A stretch of 64,000 bases of DNA from Vicugna vicugna (Eukaryota): the NCBI GenBank assembly GCA_013265495.1, contig MU058557.1, positions 62,001 through 126,000 of the forward strand. Reading direction: 5' to 3'. A program made the position numbers and the translations under genes. Every line of letters starts with the position of its first letter. The stretch's first letter is position 1. Positions 39,631 through 52,327 of this stretch are shown here, one piece after another. The notes under the pieces are model-generated. The model worked only from the letters and a program-made list of their open reading frames with translations, did not search any database and was not told the DNA's origin.

Positions 39631-40270
39631 GCAGTCCGCACTGGCCTCCCTCGGAACGCGCGCCTACACCGCCGCCGCGTCCCCGCGTCCAATCCCCGCG
39701 TGAGCTGGGTCCCCGCGCCCAATCACTGTATAGGTGCTGCCTCTGCGGGGCTCGCGTCCAATCACCTCGAGGGCCAGGGACACGCCTCTGGCCCCTGTCC
39801 AATGAGCGGTGTCTCCAGCGCTTGAGCGCTGTCTGTTCTGTGCGGAGGCATTTCCGGTGCGTCGGAGACCAATGGGCATTGACAGCTTCGTAGGGTCCGC
39901 CCTCGGCGACTCAATCGCGGCGACACCTGACACGCCTCGTCCAGACCCCACCAATCTGGTCCTCACCTCTCCGCGCGCCACACAGCAGCCTGGCAACCAC
40001 GGGCGGGTCAGCGGCCGCGCTGAGGACGCCCCCAGCGGCAGGGAGGGCCGCGCCGCTGGGCGCCACGACCCGCCGGTGCGTCCCTCCGCCTCCGCGAAGC
40101 CCTCTCGGGCCTGGCCACAGGGGACGTCCTCACGCCGCAGCGGGCACCAGGTCGGAGACGCGGGGGCCAGCGCCCGGGTACCGGGTGACGCCCCCCGAAG
40201 GCCCAGTCCCGCAGCGCGGAAGGCTGGCGACTGTCTCCCGCTTCAAACCTGCGTCTGCGGACCCCTCACC
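39631..40270 (-). promoter_or_regulatory. TEDC1: TEDC1 CpG-island promoter with a CCAAT (NF-Y) box array
   Basis: CCAAT at 39689, 39719, 39758, 39799, 39869 and 39951, directly upstream of the ATG, within a CpG island. Confidence 0.75.
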
Positions 40271-40434
40271 CGGTCCCTCCTTACCCATCCTCTGTCTGGT
40301 CAGCCCCCATTGTCCCCCACCCCCACGCCGCCTCCCTCTGCCCCTTCCATGCCCGTCCTCTGTCCTGGCCTCCCTCTGTCCTGCACGTTCAGCCTCTCCT
40401 TCCTACCACTGAAGAGACAGTCTTGGAAGGAACA

Positions 40435-40935
40435 TGGGCACGGACACTTGGGAAAGCAGTTTGGCGATTCTTTCAGAGCTAGACATAAGTTTACTAGGAG
40501 ACCCAAGAATGCCTGTGCCAGGAATCTATGAGGACTTAGGTTCATATGCACAGACGTCCATAGCAACTCTGTTCCTAACAGCCAGATGGAGATAGTGGAA
40601 AGGCCACCGGCCGCGCAGCAGCACTGATGTGCGTTACAGCACCTGTGAGCGCAGATGCGGAAGAAGGCAGATGCAAAACACCAAGTTTTATGTGCCTTTC
40701 ATCTATAGGAAGCGTCCAAAAAAGCAAGTGGACAGAGACTGGCCGGTCAGGGGTGACCTGGAAAGAGACTGGGAAGGGGGAGTGACAGCAAACGGGCACG
40801 AGGGAATTTTTCTGGGTGTGAAGTGTCTAGAACTGGATTGTGGTGACAGTTGCAGACTCTGTGAACTGGTTAAAAATCATGGACTGTGCATTGGTGGGTT
40901 TTACGGTACGTAAATTATACCTCAGTAAAGCTGTA
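40435..40935 (+). mobile_element. Old L1M(C) 3' fragment
   Basis: GGAAAGCAGTTTGGC..GGATTGTGGTGACAGTTGCA..TAAATTATACCTCAGTAAAGCTG. Confidence 0.65.
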
Positions 40936-42030
40936 AAGAGGACAGGGGGAGGGAGAGGAGAGAAGGGAAAGAGAACTGTTAAGAGAAAGAAGCGAGTCCT
41001 CCCTGGAGCCCAAGTTCTCCCCAAGCAACAATTCCTCACCTCCGTGTGCCACACAGCAGCCTAGCAACCACCAGCGGGTCAGTGGCCATGCTCAGGACGC
41101 CCCCAGCAGCAGGAAGGGCCACGCCGCTGGGCGCCAAATACTCCCCAAGCAACCCAGCCTTGGCCAAGCCCACAGGAAGTGCGGTCTCGCCTGATACCCC
41201 GTCTTCCTTCCAGACCTCACCTTTACCCACACCCTGCTCAGGCACAACCAGCTCCTCCCCCCCATAACTGACCCCTTCTCCAGAACTTGGCCTCCACCCC
41301 AGGAGGCCATTTCAGTGGCCACTCCTGGGGGCCCCACTATGGCTCACCTCCCCAGAGGCCTCTTCCCCTACTGGCCTGGGGCCACTGCTTTCTCCCTCCC
41401 TCCTCACCCCCACCTTCAGTCCCCTCCGAGGGTCCACCTTCAGGGGGGCCTTCGACCAGCACAGGCCTCCAGTCTGGCCCTGCCTTCTTTCTCCACAGCT
41501 CAGAGGCACCCCCTGCTGACGCCTGCCATAGGGCCCTGCAGCCTTCAGAAGCAAAACAGCTTGCCCCACGTGCCCAGGGTGGTTCCCGATCCAAGGGGTC
41601 TGGAACCCAATGAGCCCTTCCTCTCTTCGGGCCTTTGCACCCACAGGGCCTTCTGCTTAGGGTGCCTTCCCCCCAGCCTGAGGCCTGGCTGACCCACTCT
41701 TCCTGCAGGCCTCAGCTCACTAGGCACTCACCCCAACTCTGCCCCATCCTAGACGGTGAGCCACAAGGCGGGGGGAGCAGAGTCAGGAGGCTCTGAGTTC
41801 TTCCCAGTGCTGCCTCTCCCAGCAGTTGGGGGCACCCACTCCCCACTCTGTACAAGCCCTGGCCACAGAGCCCCCAGTCCGTGGGCCTTCAAAAGACACC
41901 GCCACCCCAGCCCTGACCCCACCACTCAGAAACCCAGCCTCACTTAGCATCCTCCCTCCTCCTGGTGTTTTCCCATCTGTCCCCAGAAGCACTCCAGCTC
42001 CCACCCCTTGGAATTCCATGAATCACCCAA

Positions 42031-42132
42031 TCTCTCTCCCTCTTTCCCTCTCTCTCTCTCTTTCCCTCTCTCTCTCTCCCTCCCCCTCTCTCTCTCTCCC
42101 TCCCCCTCCCTCTCTGTCTCTCACACACACAT
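42031..42132. repeat. (CT)-rich homopyrimidine microsatellite followed by (CA)n
   Basis: Directly visible in the sequence. Confidence 0.9.
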
Positions 42133-42954
42133 ATAACCCTGCACACCACCCTGGGACACCCCACCCCATGCCTGTCCTGCTCAGACCTGCTGGACCCCAA
42201 GCCAAGCCAGGGGCAGAGCTGAGGCCCCAAGCAAGGCTAAGATGACCTCTCTGGGCTCTTTAATCAGAGTTCTTGGGATGGTGGCCATCTGCCAGGGCTG
42301 GAGTGTGAATGGCCAGCTGTGGGAAATGGGTGGGCTCTGAAGGTCCCTGCAGCTGCTGCCTGATTTGACAGGAGTTTCCAGAAAGCCCCTAACCATCGCT
42401 GCAGTCAGCCCTCAGATTCCCCATTTGGGCAGCCAGCCTCTTGGCAGTCCCTGGGCACAGGGTGGGGGCAGATGAGGGGGGTGGTGTTTGGGTGGACGCC
42501 CTGCAGAAGCAGGGCTGACCTTGTCTGGCACAGTAGGGTGGGTGTGGGGAATGGGGATGGGGTGGAGCAGCAGGAAGTGGGGAGGGCAGCCGAGGGCTCC
42601 CCACCACAGCTCCCCAAAGCGTCTCAAAAAACGGAAGCAGCTCAGCAGATTCACCCTGCAGCCTCACGCTCCCACTGACCCATTCCAGAACCACAAAGGA
42701 GGCCTGGGACATTTGCAGGGCTGGGCGTGGGGCTGTCCAGGGTGGCCAGGCGCTCCCCCTGCAGAGGGGCCTGCAGCCTGTGGCAGGTTCCCAGCAGAGC
42801 ACCCCCAGCCTCCACCAGAGCAGCGGGTCGGCAGCAGCAGGAAGAGCAGGTGCCCCGCCACCCAGCAGGGCCTCTCATCGGTGTCCCCAGCTGCAGCCCC
42901 TCCACCATTCCCCCAGTGACACGCGCACACACCCAGGTCTTCCAGGAGTCCGGG

Positions 42955-42960
42955 TTTATT
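42955..42960 (-). terminator. CRIP1: CRIP1 polyadenylation signal AATAAA
   Basis: TTTATT on the + strand at the end of the last, non-coding exon. Confidence 0.85.
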
Positions 42961-43234
42961 GAGGGCATAGGGGTCTACAGGGGAGACCCAGGTGCTTGTG
43001 GGGAAGGCCTCCCATCAGCCTGGAGGGGCAGCGGCCCAGTGGGCAGCCAGGGATGGGATCTCCAAAACCTGTGCAGAGAGAGACAGAGACAGAGATGAGT
43101 GCGGGCCCACTGAGTGGTCAGACCTCACACCGGCGGGAGGTGGCAGGGGTGGGGGGGAGCCATCCTGGCTACTGAGCTGGGCTGGGGTGGAGCAGGGTGG
43201 GGTCGGGAGGATGGGGAGCATACCGTACCTGGGT

Positions 43235-44559
43235 TCACTTGAAAGTGTGACTCTCAGCTCCACCACGCCCAAAGCCTGCATAGAAAATAGTGGGCAGGTT
43301 AGGGGTGGCCAGGGGTTACGGCGCTCTGGGTGGGGGGCCTTTGGGAGCATACCTTTGGGTCCAAACATGGCAGCATAGCAGGGGTGGTTGCAATAGGGCT
43401 TGCCTTCATGCTGCGGAGAGAAGGGCCATGAGGGCTTGTCCTCCCTTCCCCGGAGCCCCAGCCTCCCTCCAGGACTACCCACCTCGGCGTGACCCCCTGA
43501 GGTCAGCGTCTTCCCACATTTCTCACACTTCAGGCAAGGCCGATGCCAATCCTTCCCGAGGGAGGTCACCCGCTCAGCTGCAGAGATACAGACAGCCCCC
43601 TCCATGGGGTGAGACCCTGCTCTGAGGACACGTGGCACACCCTCCTGATCACACACCACCTTTTCCAGGCGCGTCTGCTCAAGGCCTTGCCCACCCATGC
43701 CTGGTGGCCCACCGGAGGTCTCAGACAGCACCTGTGCCCCAAGAGTAGGGAGGGGGCACCTTCAGTCCCTAGCCAATCCAGCCAAACAAGGAGGGGATGG
43801 GCTCTGGGTCAAGGACCGCACCCCTGAGGGCTTGGGTGGGGCTGGAAGGGGAGGAGAGGGGACCTAGGGTCAGGACCTCGGCTGGCCTCCGGGCTAAGCC
43901 CTCCACCTCCTCACTCGTGGCAGGGGTGGGGTGGTGGGGCCTGCGGGGCGCCCTTCTCCGAACCCAAGAAGGAGGACTTCCCACTTCCTCCCTCCCCCCC
44001 CCGGGTGGGCTCCAGGGCACAGGGCAGGAAGGAGGCGCCTGGGATCTGAGTGCGCCTAGGATGGCGCCCCCGGCGCCGGTTTCTGCGTCTGTTTCTACTT
44101 AGTGCTGGGAGGGGCGGCCGGAGTCCCGCGTTTCTTCCTACCCCGCGGGGTTCCCGCCCAGGGCGTGCCAGAGAGGAGGCGGAAGAAGGGGATCGGAGGC
44201 GGGAGACCCAGAGTCGGAGAGAGGCGGTCATGAGAAGACCCAGAGACAGAAAAACCCAGAGACCCGGAGACCCAGCAGGACCCGGAGAGACAACGGGGCA
44301 CAGAGATGAAGGGCCGTCGGACACGAGTGACCCGACCTGAAGACGCAGGCGGCCGCGGGCAAGGCTGGCGCGTAGCCCCGAGAAGGTGACCAGGGTCCCC
44401 CTGCGCCCCCGGACCACCTGAACTGCCCTCACCGGGTGAACCCTGGGCCGCGCTTCCGCGTGGGGCGGCGCCGAACACCACAGGTCGGGCCGGGGCGGGC
44501 GGGAGTTGGGGGCGCTCACCAAAATACACCTCCTTGTCGCACTTGGGGCACTTGGGCAT
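43235..44559 (-). CDS. CRIP1: Cysteine-rich protein 1 (single LIM domain), 77 aa
   Basis: Coding exons 44559-44520, 43577-43483, 43410-43353 and 43275-43235 total 234 nt. Protein [78 protein letters not shown] final non-coding exon starts at 43068. Confidence 0.97.
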
Positions 44560-45420
44560 GGTGGCGCCGGGTCCGGGTGGGCTGACTGGGCGGGAGCCGG
44601 CAGGAGCGCGGGACTGAGTGGGATCGGCGGGGTCCGTGCCTTTCAAGGACCCCGGGACCCCGCCCCTTTGGGACCCGCCCCAATGGTCCCGCCCCCTGAG
44701 TCCCGGACTTGGACCCGGAGGCCTTGATCCCAAGCCAACCAACTTAGAAAGGTCATCTGATCCACCCCCGCCTTGGGGCAGGGCCGGGGCCTAGCCGACG
44801 ACAGAGCGTGGTCCAAGGGGCGCGGGGAATCCGTGGGGACTCACTGGAAGGACGGGGCTGGAGCACCGGGGGGAGCCTGGCCCCTCGCCCAATGCTCGGG
44901 AATCGCCGGGTCCAGGACCTGGGGCAGAGGGCTCCCCAGGAGGAGGGAGGAGCACCCACTCCTAGCCCCAGATATGCAACTTGCGGGAGCCGGGGAGGGG
45001 GCAGGTCACGTCTAAAATGCAAATAAATGCAAACTAGCGTGCAGAGCCCCTCCCTGCATACTTTGACTCGGACCTTTCCCAGATAGAGGCCTGGGGACAC
45101 CCGGCAGGGCAGTTTCAGCCCGGTAGCCCTCCCACAGGAACTCCCCGCGGCCTTCACCACTCGCGGGGCCGGGAGGCCTGCCCGTCCCAGCCCCCTACTC
45201 CCGCGGGACTCGCCGGTCTCCACCAGCCCCACCCCAGCCCTACCCCGGGAAGTACATCGGACAGCAGCGGGAACGTCCCCGGGGAATCTGGAAGAGGCGA
45301 CTCCGGATGGCGGGGCGCCCACTTTCTCCGGGAGGACAGCCGCAGGCTTGGGGGCCTGCGGTTTGCGGCAGGGGAAGGTGACACCCAGGCGGTCTCAGAG
45401 GTGCCAGGCCGGCGCGGGGA
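44040..45420 (-). promoter_or_regulatory. CRIP1: CRIP1 CpG island/promoter
   Basis: CpG-rich region spanning the first coding exon. GC boxes near 44660-44695 and octamer ATGCAAAT at 45017-45024. Confidence 0.65.
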
Positions 45421-48400
45421 AGAGGTCCTTATCTCCGCGAGAGGCGTCTAGTACCGAGCGGTCCAAGTCCGCCTTCCAAGGGGAGGCCTCTCGCTTCCCC
45501 GGTGCCAGGCAGAGACCACGGACCCCACCCACCCTGGGAGTTCGGGAAGGGCTAGCGGGCTGGCGCTCTCGGGCTGCGAGGGTCCTCGGCCATCCTCAGC
45601 CAACCAGTGTGCAGTCTCCCGCAGGAGTTCTGGCCTCCATGCCCCTTTGGAAATCCTTGCCCTGTAGGGCATTGCCTGGCCTAACTCTCCTCCCTGCTGG
45701 TCACTGTCACACACTGGCCACCTCCCATTCCCTGTTGTGCAGAGGGGCTGTCTCCTCTCTCTGTGGATCTTCTACCTCCCTGCTTCACTGTGATCCCCAA
45801 CACCACACCCAGTTTCCTGGCTTCACCAGAGCCTGAGCTCCCAGCCCTCTCTCCATTCTACACCCCTAACCTTTACCTCATCTCCCCTTGACACACCCAT
45901 CTCCCAAAACAAAACGTCATCTCTGGTTCTGTCCAGGCCCTGTCCCCATGGAGGGTGCTGGAAACCATCCTCTGACAGGGCCCCGGAGCTTCTGACTGCC
46001 CCACACAGGCCTTCAGCCCTGATGGCATGCAGTCACTCTGACCTCACCTTTCCTGAAGTCCACCTACCCACCATCGGACCAGCCTGGGCCTGGCACTGGG
46101 AAGAGGGAGGAAAGCCATGAGTGCCCCCATCCCCAAACCCCCACCTAACCTGCCCTCTGCCTCCCCGACCAGGCCTGGGCTGGGGCGAGGCTGCGAGCTC
46201 CCAGGGCCGCACTGCAGCCTCAGTTAGGGTAGCACACTAGACCCCACACTCCCACCTCCCTGGGACTCCGTCTCTGAGGTTGCGGTTCTACCCTTGACTG
46301 GAGCTCTGCAAGCCCTGGGGCCCACAAGGTTCAGACCCTGTCCTGGTCCACTCAGTGCCAGGCTGTCCGCTGCCCTCAGCAGGGGGTCGCCCACCCTGCT
46401 CTGGTGGGACTCCCTGCCTCTCGCCCACCCACAGCAGCCTGCTCTGGCCCTGGCATAGGGGCACCTTGGCATGGTTTCTGGAGCTGAGGCCACCAGCCCG
46501 ACCACCCTCACCACCCCCACCCAGCCCTGGGTGTCTCCTTGGCCCTTGCCAGATGCAGCCAGGCCAGGCACTGCACAGGAGGGTAGTCCCAGCTTCCCTC
46601 ATCTCCTGGCTGCATGATCCAGAGAGAGGCAGGACTGAGAGAAAGCTGGAGAGTGAAAGAGGGGGAGACGGGAGCACGGAGACACAGCCAGGGACAGACA
46701 CACAGACATGGAGAAGCAGCAAGCGGGGAGGAAGGGCCCAGACCCCTGGTGATGGAGAGGGGGCAGGGGCACAGTCTGCAGGCGGTGGAGGCCTCTCACA
46801 GCGGGTCCTGGGGCTCGGGCCACAGTCTGCACGTGCCACCTTGCAGATCCCTGAGAAGGCTGCCTGGGTGGGTGAGCTGGGCAGAGGTCAGCTCCATGGG
46901 GATGATGTGCTCAGGGGTGTGGTGAACCACGGGGTGTCTGCTGGTGTGGCTGGGATGGGGTGCCTTCGCACACATCCACATGTGAGCGTGTCCACCTGGA
47001 TATCTCTGGGAGGCGGGTGCACAAGGCCCTTCTCAGAGCAGCAGCCTTCTTGTGTTTCTGTGTTTCTGCCCAGCCCACACTCGCAGCTCCCCCAGGGCTC
47101 CCGGGGAGGTGGAGAGGTGAGCCAGGCTCCGCCTCCCTTCCACCCACCCGGCCCCAGGGATGACCCCCCCACACTGGGACTCCAAACCCGCCTGGCGCTG
47201 GGAGTCAGAGTGAGGACGAGAGCCCCCACCCCGAAAACCAGCGTGATGACTCTCTTCCTGGCCTTGCCTGCTGTTATTGCCGTTGCCACGCTCACAGCGT
47301 GCACGGGTGTGGCGAGGATGCCGGGGGGGGGGCCAAGGGCCACGGGCGTCGGCCTCGGGCTGGTACACAGCAAGGTTTTTCCAGACACTGGACTCAGAGA
47401 CGCACACACACTCCCTGAAACCCTCCCAAAGCTTCAGGCGCAGACTGGCATGCCCTTCCAACCCCTCTGAGCTCCCCACCTATCCTGCCTGCCTGTGGGG
47501 GTAGGGACCCCTCAAGCTGCAGCCCCAGCATCCCCAGCTATGATGAGTGGACAGCTCCTGCCCACCCCACCCCACCCCCGCCATGGCCAGGCACACCCCC
47601 AAGTGAGGCTTGGCCAGGTGCCAGTCGGGGCCCTGACAGCCTCCCCAGAGACCCGGGCCCCACCAGATGCAAGCTTCTTGCTTCCATCAGCTCACCTGGC
47701 CCAGGATGCCCTTGTGGAAGAGGGGCACTGACCTGGCCCAAGGTCAACCTGACTCAGGACCACCAGGGGTTGGGGGGGCCCAGTTCAAGACCCAGATCTG
47801 CCCTGCCCGGCCCTGCATCCCTCCCCTACATTACTCTTTGGGGTCACTCGTGGTATTTGTGGCGCGAACAAATGGTAGAAATGGAAGACCTGGTGAACCA
47901 GTCAGCGCGCTCCAGGGTGCAGCCCCCATCACTGCCCGCCCCACGGCCCTGCGCTCATCTCCCTCCCAGCACTGGCCAGAGGGAGGTGCGGGGGCTGCGT
48001 CTGGAGTGTGGCAGACAGAGTGGCCAGGACAGCTGGTTGCCCCAGGCTGCCTCTGCGCCCAGAAGGTCCACCCGGCACCAAGGTAGCGTGAGGGCATGCA
48101 GGGCCCTGAGACCTGGAGGAGGCCACTGCGGACTTCTGGCTGCCCGGCCAAGGCCACCTCCATCTGCTCACCCTCTGTCTGAACACTCCCACGCCCTTGT
48201 CTGTTCAAGCTCCACCGAGACTCAGCTGGAGACCCAGCAGCAACCAGCCAGGCCCCTGCAGCAGAATTCTGGATGGAGAGGGCCTGGATGGGGCCCCACG
48301 GCAGGGCTTGGGCTCCAGACACCAGGAGAACCAGTCAAGGCAGAGGAATCCGCCTGCAGCAGGGAAAGTTCTGCTCCTCAGGGCCGGCTGGCCTCCCTGC

Positions 48401-51400
48401 TCCGCCCCACTCCACTCCACACTGTGGCACTGGCCTCAGGCCTCTCTCCACCATCCTCGAAGCCTCACAGCTGGTGCCCCAGTCTCCAGGACCCCTCCTC
48501 CGTGTGGACCTGCTGAGGGTTGTGGACAGGTGTAAGGATGTCCCCTGCTAGGGCTGGAGGCCAGCCGGGCCTGTCCCATGTTCCTGCACCCAGGTGCCTT
48601 GGGGAACTAACTTGTGCTCCAGGACACCCTCTGAGCCTGGGGACAGAGCTGGCTTCCCTGCCCCAAATCCACCCCTCTCTGCCCTTCCCCCAGGCCCAGC
48701 TGAGTCACAGACATTCAGACATTCCCAGGGCCTATTTTTAGCAGCTTTTCTCTCAGGACCCCCTGGCTGCCCTGAGGTCCTGCCCCAGGGTGGCTGTGAC
48801 GTGGTGGTGGTGGGGGACTGGGCTCTGATCCTTTCCACCAGGCCTCAGCCTGGGAGGGGTCCTCTCCTCCCCTGGAAGCAGGAAAGGCATGCAAAGGGGC
48901 TGGGGTGGAGGGATGGGGGGATATACAACCTTGAAGTCCCTCAGGCAGCCCCACTCAGGGTCCACGGCTTGGCCAGATGGGTGCCTCTGCCTGCCTACAG
49001 CCACCCCAGGCTGAGCCTGGGTTCCAGGAATCTCTACATCCTGGGGACAAATCCCACGCAGTACCGCCTCAAATTCCAGCCTCACCAGTCCAGCTAGCTT
49101 GGTGTGTTCATGGGCCCCAAATCCACCCCCTGCCGCCAGCCAGACCCTGAGAAAATGTGCTGCCCACACCTGGCTGCCCTGGCCTCTAGCCAGTCCTTGC
49201 CTGGCCCAGCTCCCAGCAGCTCAGAGCCAGGGTCACAGGCACTTGGTGATTTCTTGACACTCAGCCCCTGGGGCCACAGCCAGTGGCCAGTGAGCTGGTG
49301 CTTGGACTCAGGAACAGGAGAAAGTCATGCTCCCCCCATTCATAAAGAAGTTCGGGGAGCCTATCCTGAGCTGGGTGGGGTCCTCAGGGAGCCGCCAGCA
49401 GGGGAGGGGCTGCCCAGCACTGATACCGGGGGACAGGGGTGGAGACAGGGCGAGGGGGTCACTGGCTCAGGGGAAGCTGGGCAGGGCTGGGAGGAAGATG
49501 CTGAAGGTCTAGGGTATGAGTCAGAGGATTCTGGGCCTCAGAGAAGTGAGGGCAGAGGGAGCTGCAGGCAGAGCAGGCCCGACAAAGATGACTGGCTGGG
49601 AGTACCAGCCAGGGCCCAGGTCAGAGATGGGGTACAAGGTGGGGCTTGGAGGGTCCTGGCAAGGAAGTGGGTAAGCCCGACCACGGAAGGTAGGGTTACT
49701 GCTGGGAAACAGGGCGGTGGAGGAGGCCCGAGTGCTGCGCCCAGCCCTGGGGTTCTGGAGGGTAGGGAGATGGTTAGATGGCACCTTGGGGCCTCACTGG
49801 CTGGGCATGGGTTGGAGGACTAGGGGTGTAGGCCAGTCAGGGGGAGGTGGAGAAGGCGGCACACATGGATACAGGCGGCCATTCCCTCCTCCCCTGCACC
49901 TTGATGGGGCGCCCGAGGAAACACCTGGCTTGGGGGGAAGCTTCCGGGAGCTGGTGTCACCGAAGGAGCCCCGGCAGCGTAGGGCCAACCGCGGCTCCCA
50001 CCGGCGGCACCCAGCGACCGCGCAGAGACCGGCAGTAGCGACTCCGCCCCGGTTTCCATGACAACCCTTCGGAAACAAACACAGAGGCGCGGCACACTCA
50101 GCCTGCAGGAAACGAAGGGGTGGGGGGCGGGGGGCACTTCGTCCCAGGCTGGGCCCGGGCGATTCTCCCTCGAGGCGACACAGACACCCCTCACCCCTGC
50201 CGCCTGGCGACCCTTCATACAAGAATAGGCACCGCCCCTCTCCGGGTTTTGCGGGAAATCGCGTCTCCCTCCACGTAGCTTTCACTGGAGCCTCCCGAAG
50301 GAGGGCCCCGGCTGTGCTCTCAGCACTCCCCCACCGCCGGGAAGGCAGGAATTTCCCATCTGACACCGTGAGCCCCCAGCGAGGGTGGGCCTAGGGGTGC
50401 TCAGGGAAGTCTGAATTTTTCCCCAAACACCCCCGAATAATAGAGCCTTGGCCTGGCGGCAGGAAGGCCGGGACGGGGTGAGGAGGGGGAGATGCCCCAG
50501 CCCCACCTCTGAGCGCACATCGCACTTGCCCGAACCTCCCCTCTGCCTAGGGTGGAAACAGGGCGCCCCTGGGGTACCTGCTCCATGCACCTCCCACACC
50601 CAGTGCAGGCCAACCCACCCTGCACATCCTGGCTGCACACCTGGTGCCAGCCAGGTGCGGGGAGACGCTGCTGCGGCCCACGCTGGGCACCTGGACTGGC
50701 CAGGAGGAGGGTGCCCTGGCACTGCAGACACCTGACACCAGACACCGGAGCCGGCCGCTCCACCCCAGGGACACCGATGGCTGCTCGAAGGACAATGGGC
50801 CCGGCCTCCGGGCTCAGCTACGTCTGAGCCCGTGTACTGGACAGTGGGCCGCAGAGTGGCCTGTGCCAAGGGCTGGGGTGCCCAGAGCTGGCCTTGGAGA
50901 AGAGGGCACATGGGGAGACGGCCGCCTACAGTGCTGAGCGCAACGGCCCAGAAGTGACCAGGCCCGGATGACCGTGGCTCCAGGGAGGGAGAGGCGTCTG
51001 GGGGTATGGTGCTGGAAGCAGGCCAGGGGAGGGGCTGAGCGGTGGAGGGGAGGGCAGCAGGGTTCTGCCTCAGCGCCCAGAGTGGGAGAGAAGGGGCGCC
51101 CTCTGGTGGGCTTCCCAGGAGCGGCAGTTAAAGAGAAGGCGGACACCGAGCCAGGGTCTTCCCCGAGCTGCTGAGGGCTCCTGGGGAGGCCAGAGGTGGC
51201 TCCACTAACATTGCAAACCCAGCTGCAGGCATGCTGGTCGCACAGGAGCACCCAGGCCCCTAGGCCCCTCCTTCAGACTGCCCACATTCTGTCCCTGGGC
51301 CTCCCCACCGAGGCCGAGTCAAGCCAACCACACCCACTCTCAGTCCTACAGTACCCCTCTCCCCACCCAAACCCTCTGTACTTCCAGGCTCCTCCAGGGC

Positions 51401-51821
51401 TGAAGACCCACCTTGTTCCTGCCCACCCTTCACCTGCTCTTCCCCCTGCAGAGGAACCCTCTTCTGGTCACCTGTCCTCTGCCTCCACGAGACATGACCC
51501 CTGCTCTCTCCCAAGCCTGACCCCTCCCTTGGGGGCTGATAGATCCTGGCATCTCCTGGTTTTAGTGCCCACTTGTTGGCAGATCTGGGGACCAGGAGCA
51601 CCTCAGGGGCCTACCCACCTCAGTGTTGCCACCACAGCCCAAACCAGAGCTTCTCTGCCACCCACCCTCCCACCTACAGCCATCACCCTTGGGACCAGGT
51701 GGCACCCCACTGCCACCAGAAGCCAGGCCCAAGGATTTGTGGATGGCACAAAGGGACACCATGCTGGATTCATGAGCATCCCAGTCACAGACGGTGCTGG
51801 GTTGTGTGATCCTCAGAATCT

Positions 51822-51827
51822 TTTATT
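51822..51827 (-). terminator. CRIP2: CRIP2 polyadenylation signal AATAAA
   Basis: TTTATT on the + strand about 500 nt past the stop codon. Confidence 0.8.
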
Positions 51828-52327
51828 GGTAACAAAACTCCGGCAGTGGTCGTGAGGGCGGTGGGCGGGTGCGTGCGAGGCTGGGTGGGAGATGGCAGAG
51901 GGCTCCTGGTGGGGATGCCCTAAGCCGCTGGAACACTGTGAAGGCCGTGCTGCGGCTGTTACTGGTGACGGGAGCATAAATAACATTGTGGGGCAGGCGA
52001 GGGGCAGCATGAGCGGGGGAGTGGGAAGGCCACCTCAGGAAGACCCACCGTGGGCATGTGGGGCCACCAGACACAGGCATGGAGACACGTAGGGCCAGGA
52101 GGACACAAAAGAGGGTAAGGGTGGCCGGGGACACCCAGAGAAAATGGGTGGACGGGCCTCTGGAGGCTGCCCAGCGTGGCTGCCTCGGCCCCCAACACTC
52201 AGGCTCTGGACACGCAGGTGCCGAGGCAGGACTGGGCAGTGGTCACTCTCCCGACATAGCCAAGCAGTGGGCACTGGGCCAGGGGCCTGCGTGGATAGGC
52301 CCATGCCCCGCAGGGGGGCCCGGAGGC

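Noticed and set aside
46355..47470. 371-aa ORF upstream of CRIP1
   Set aside because: No recognisable domain, non-ATG start, and long ORFs are expected by chance at this GC content.
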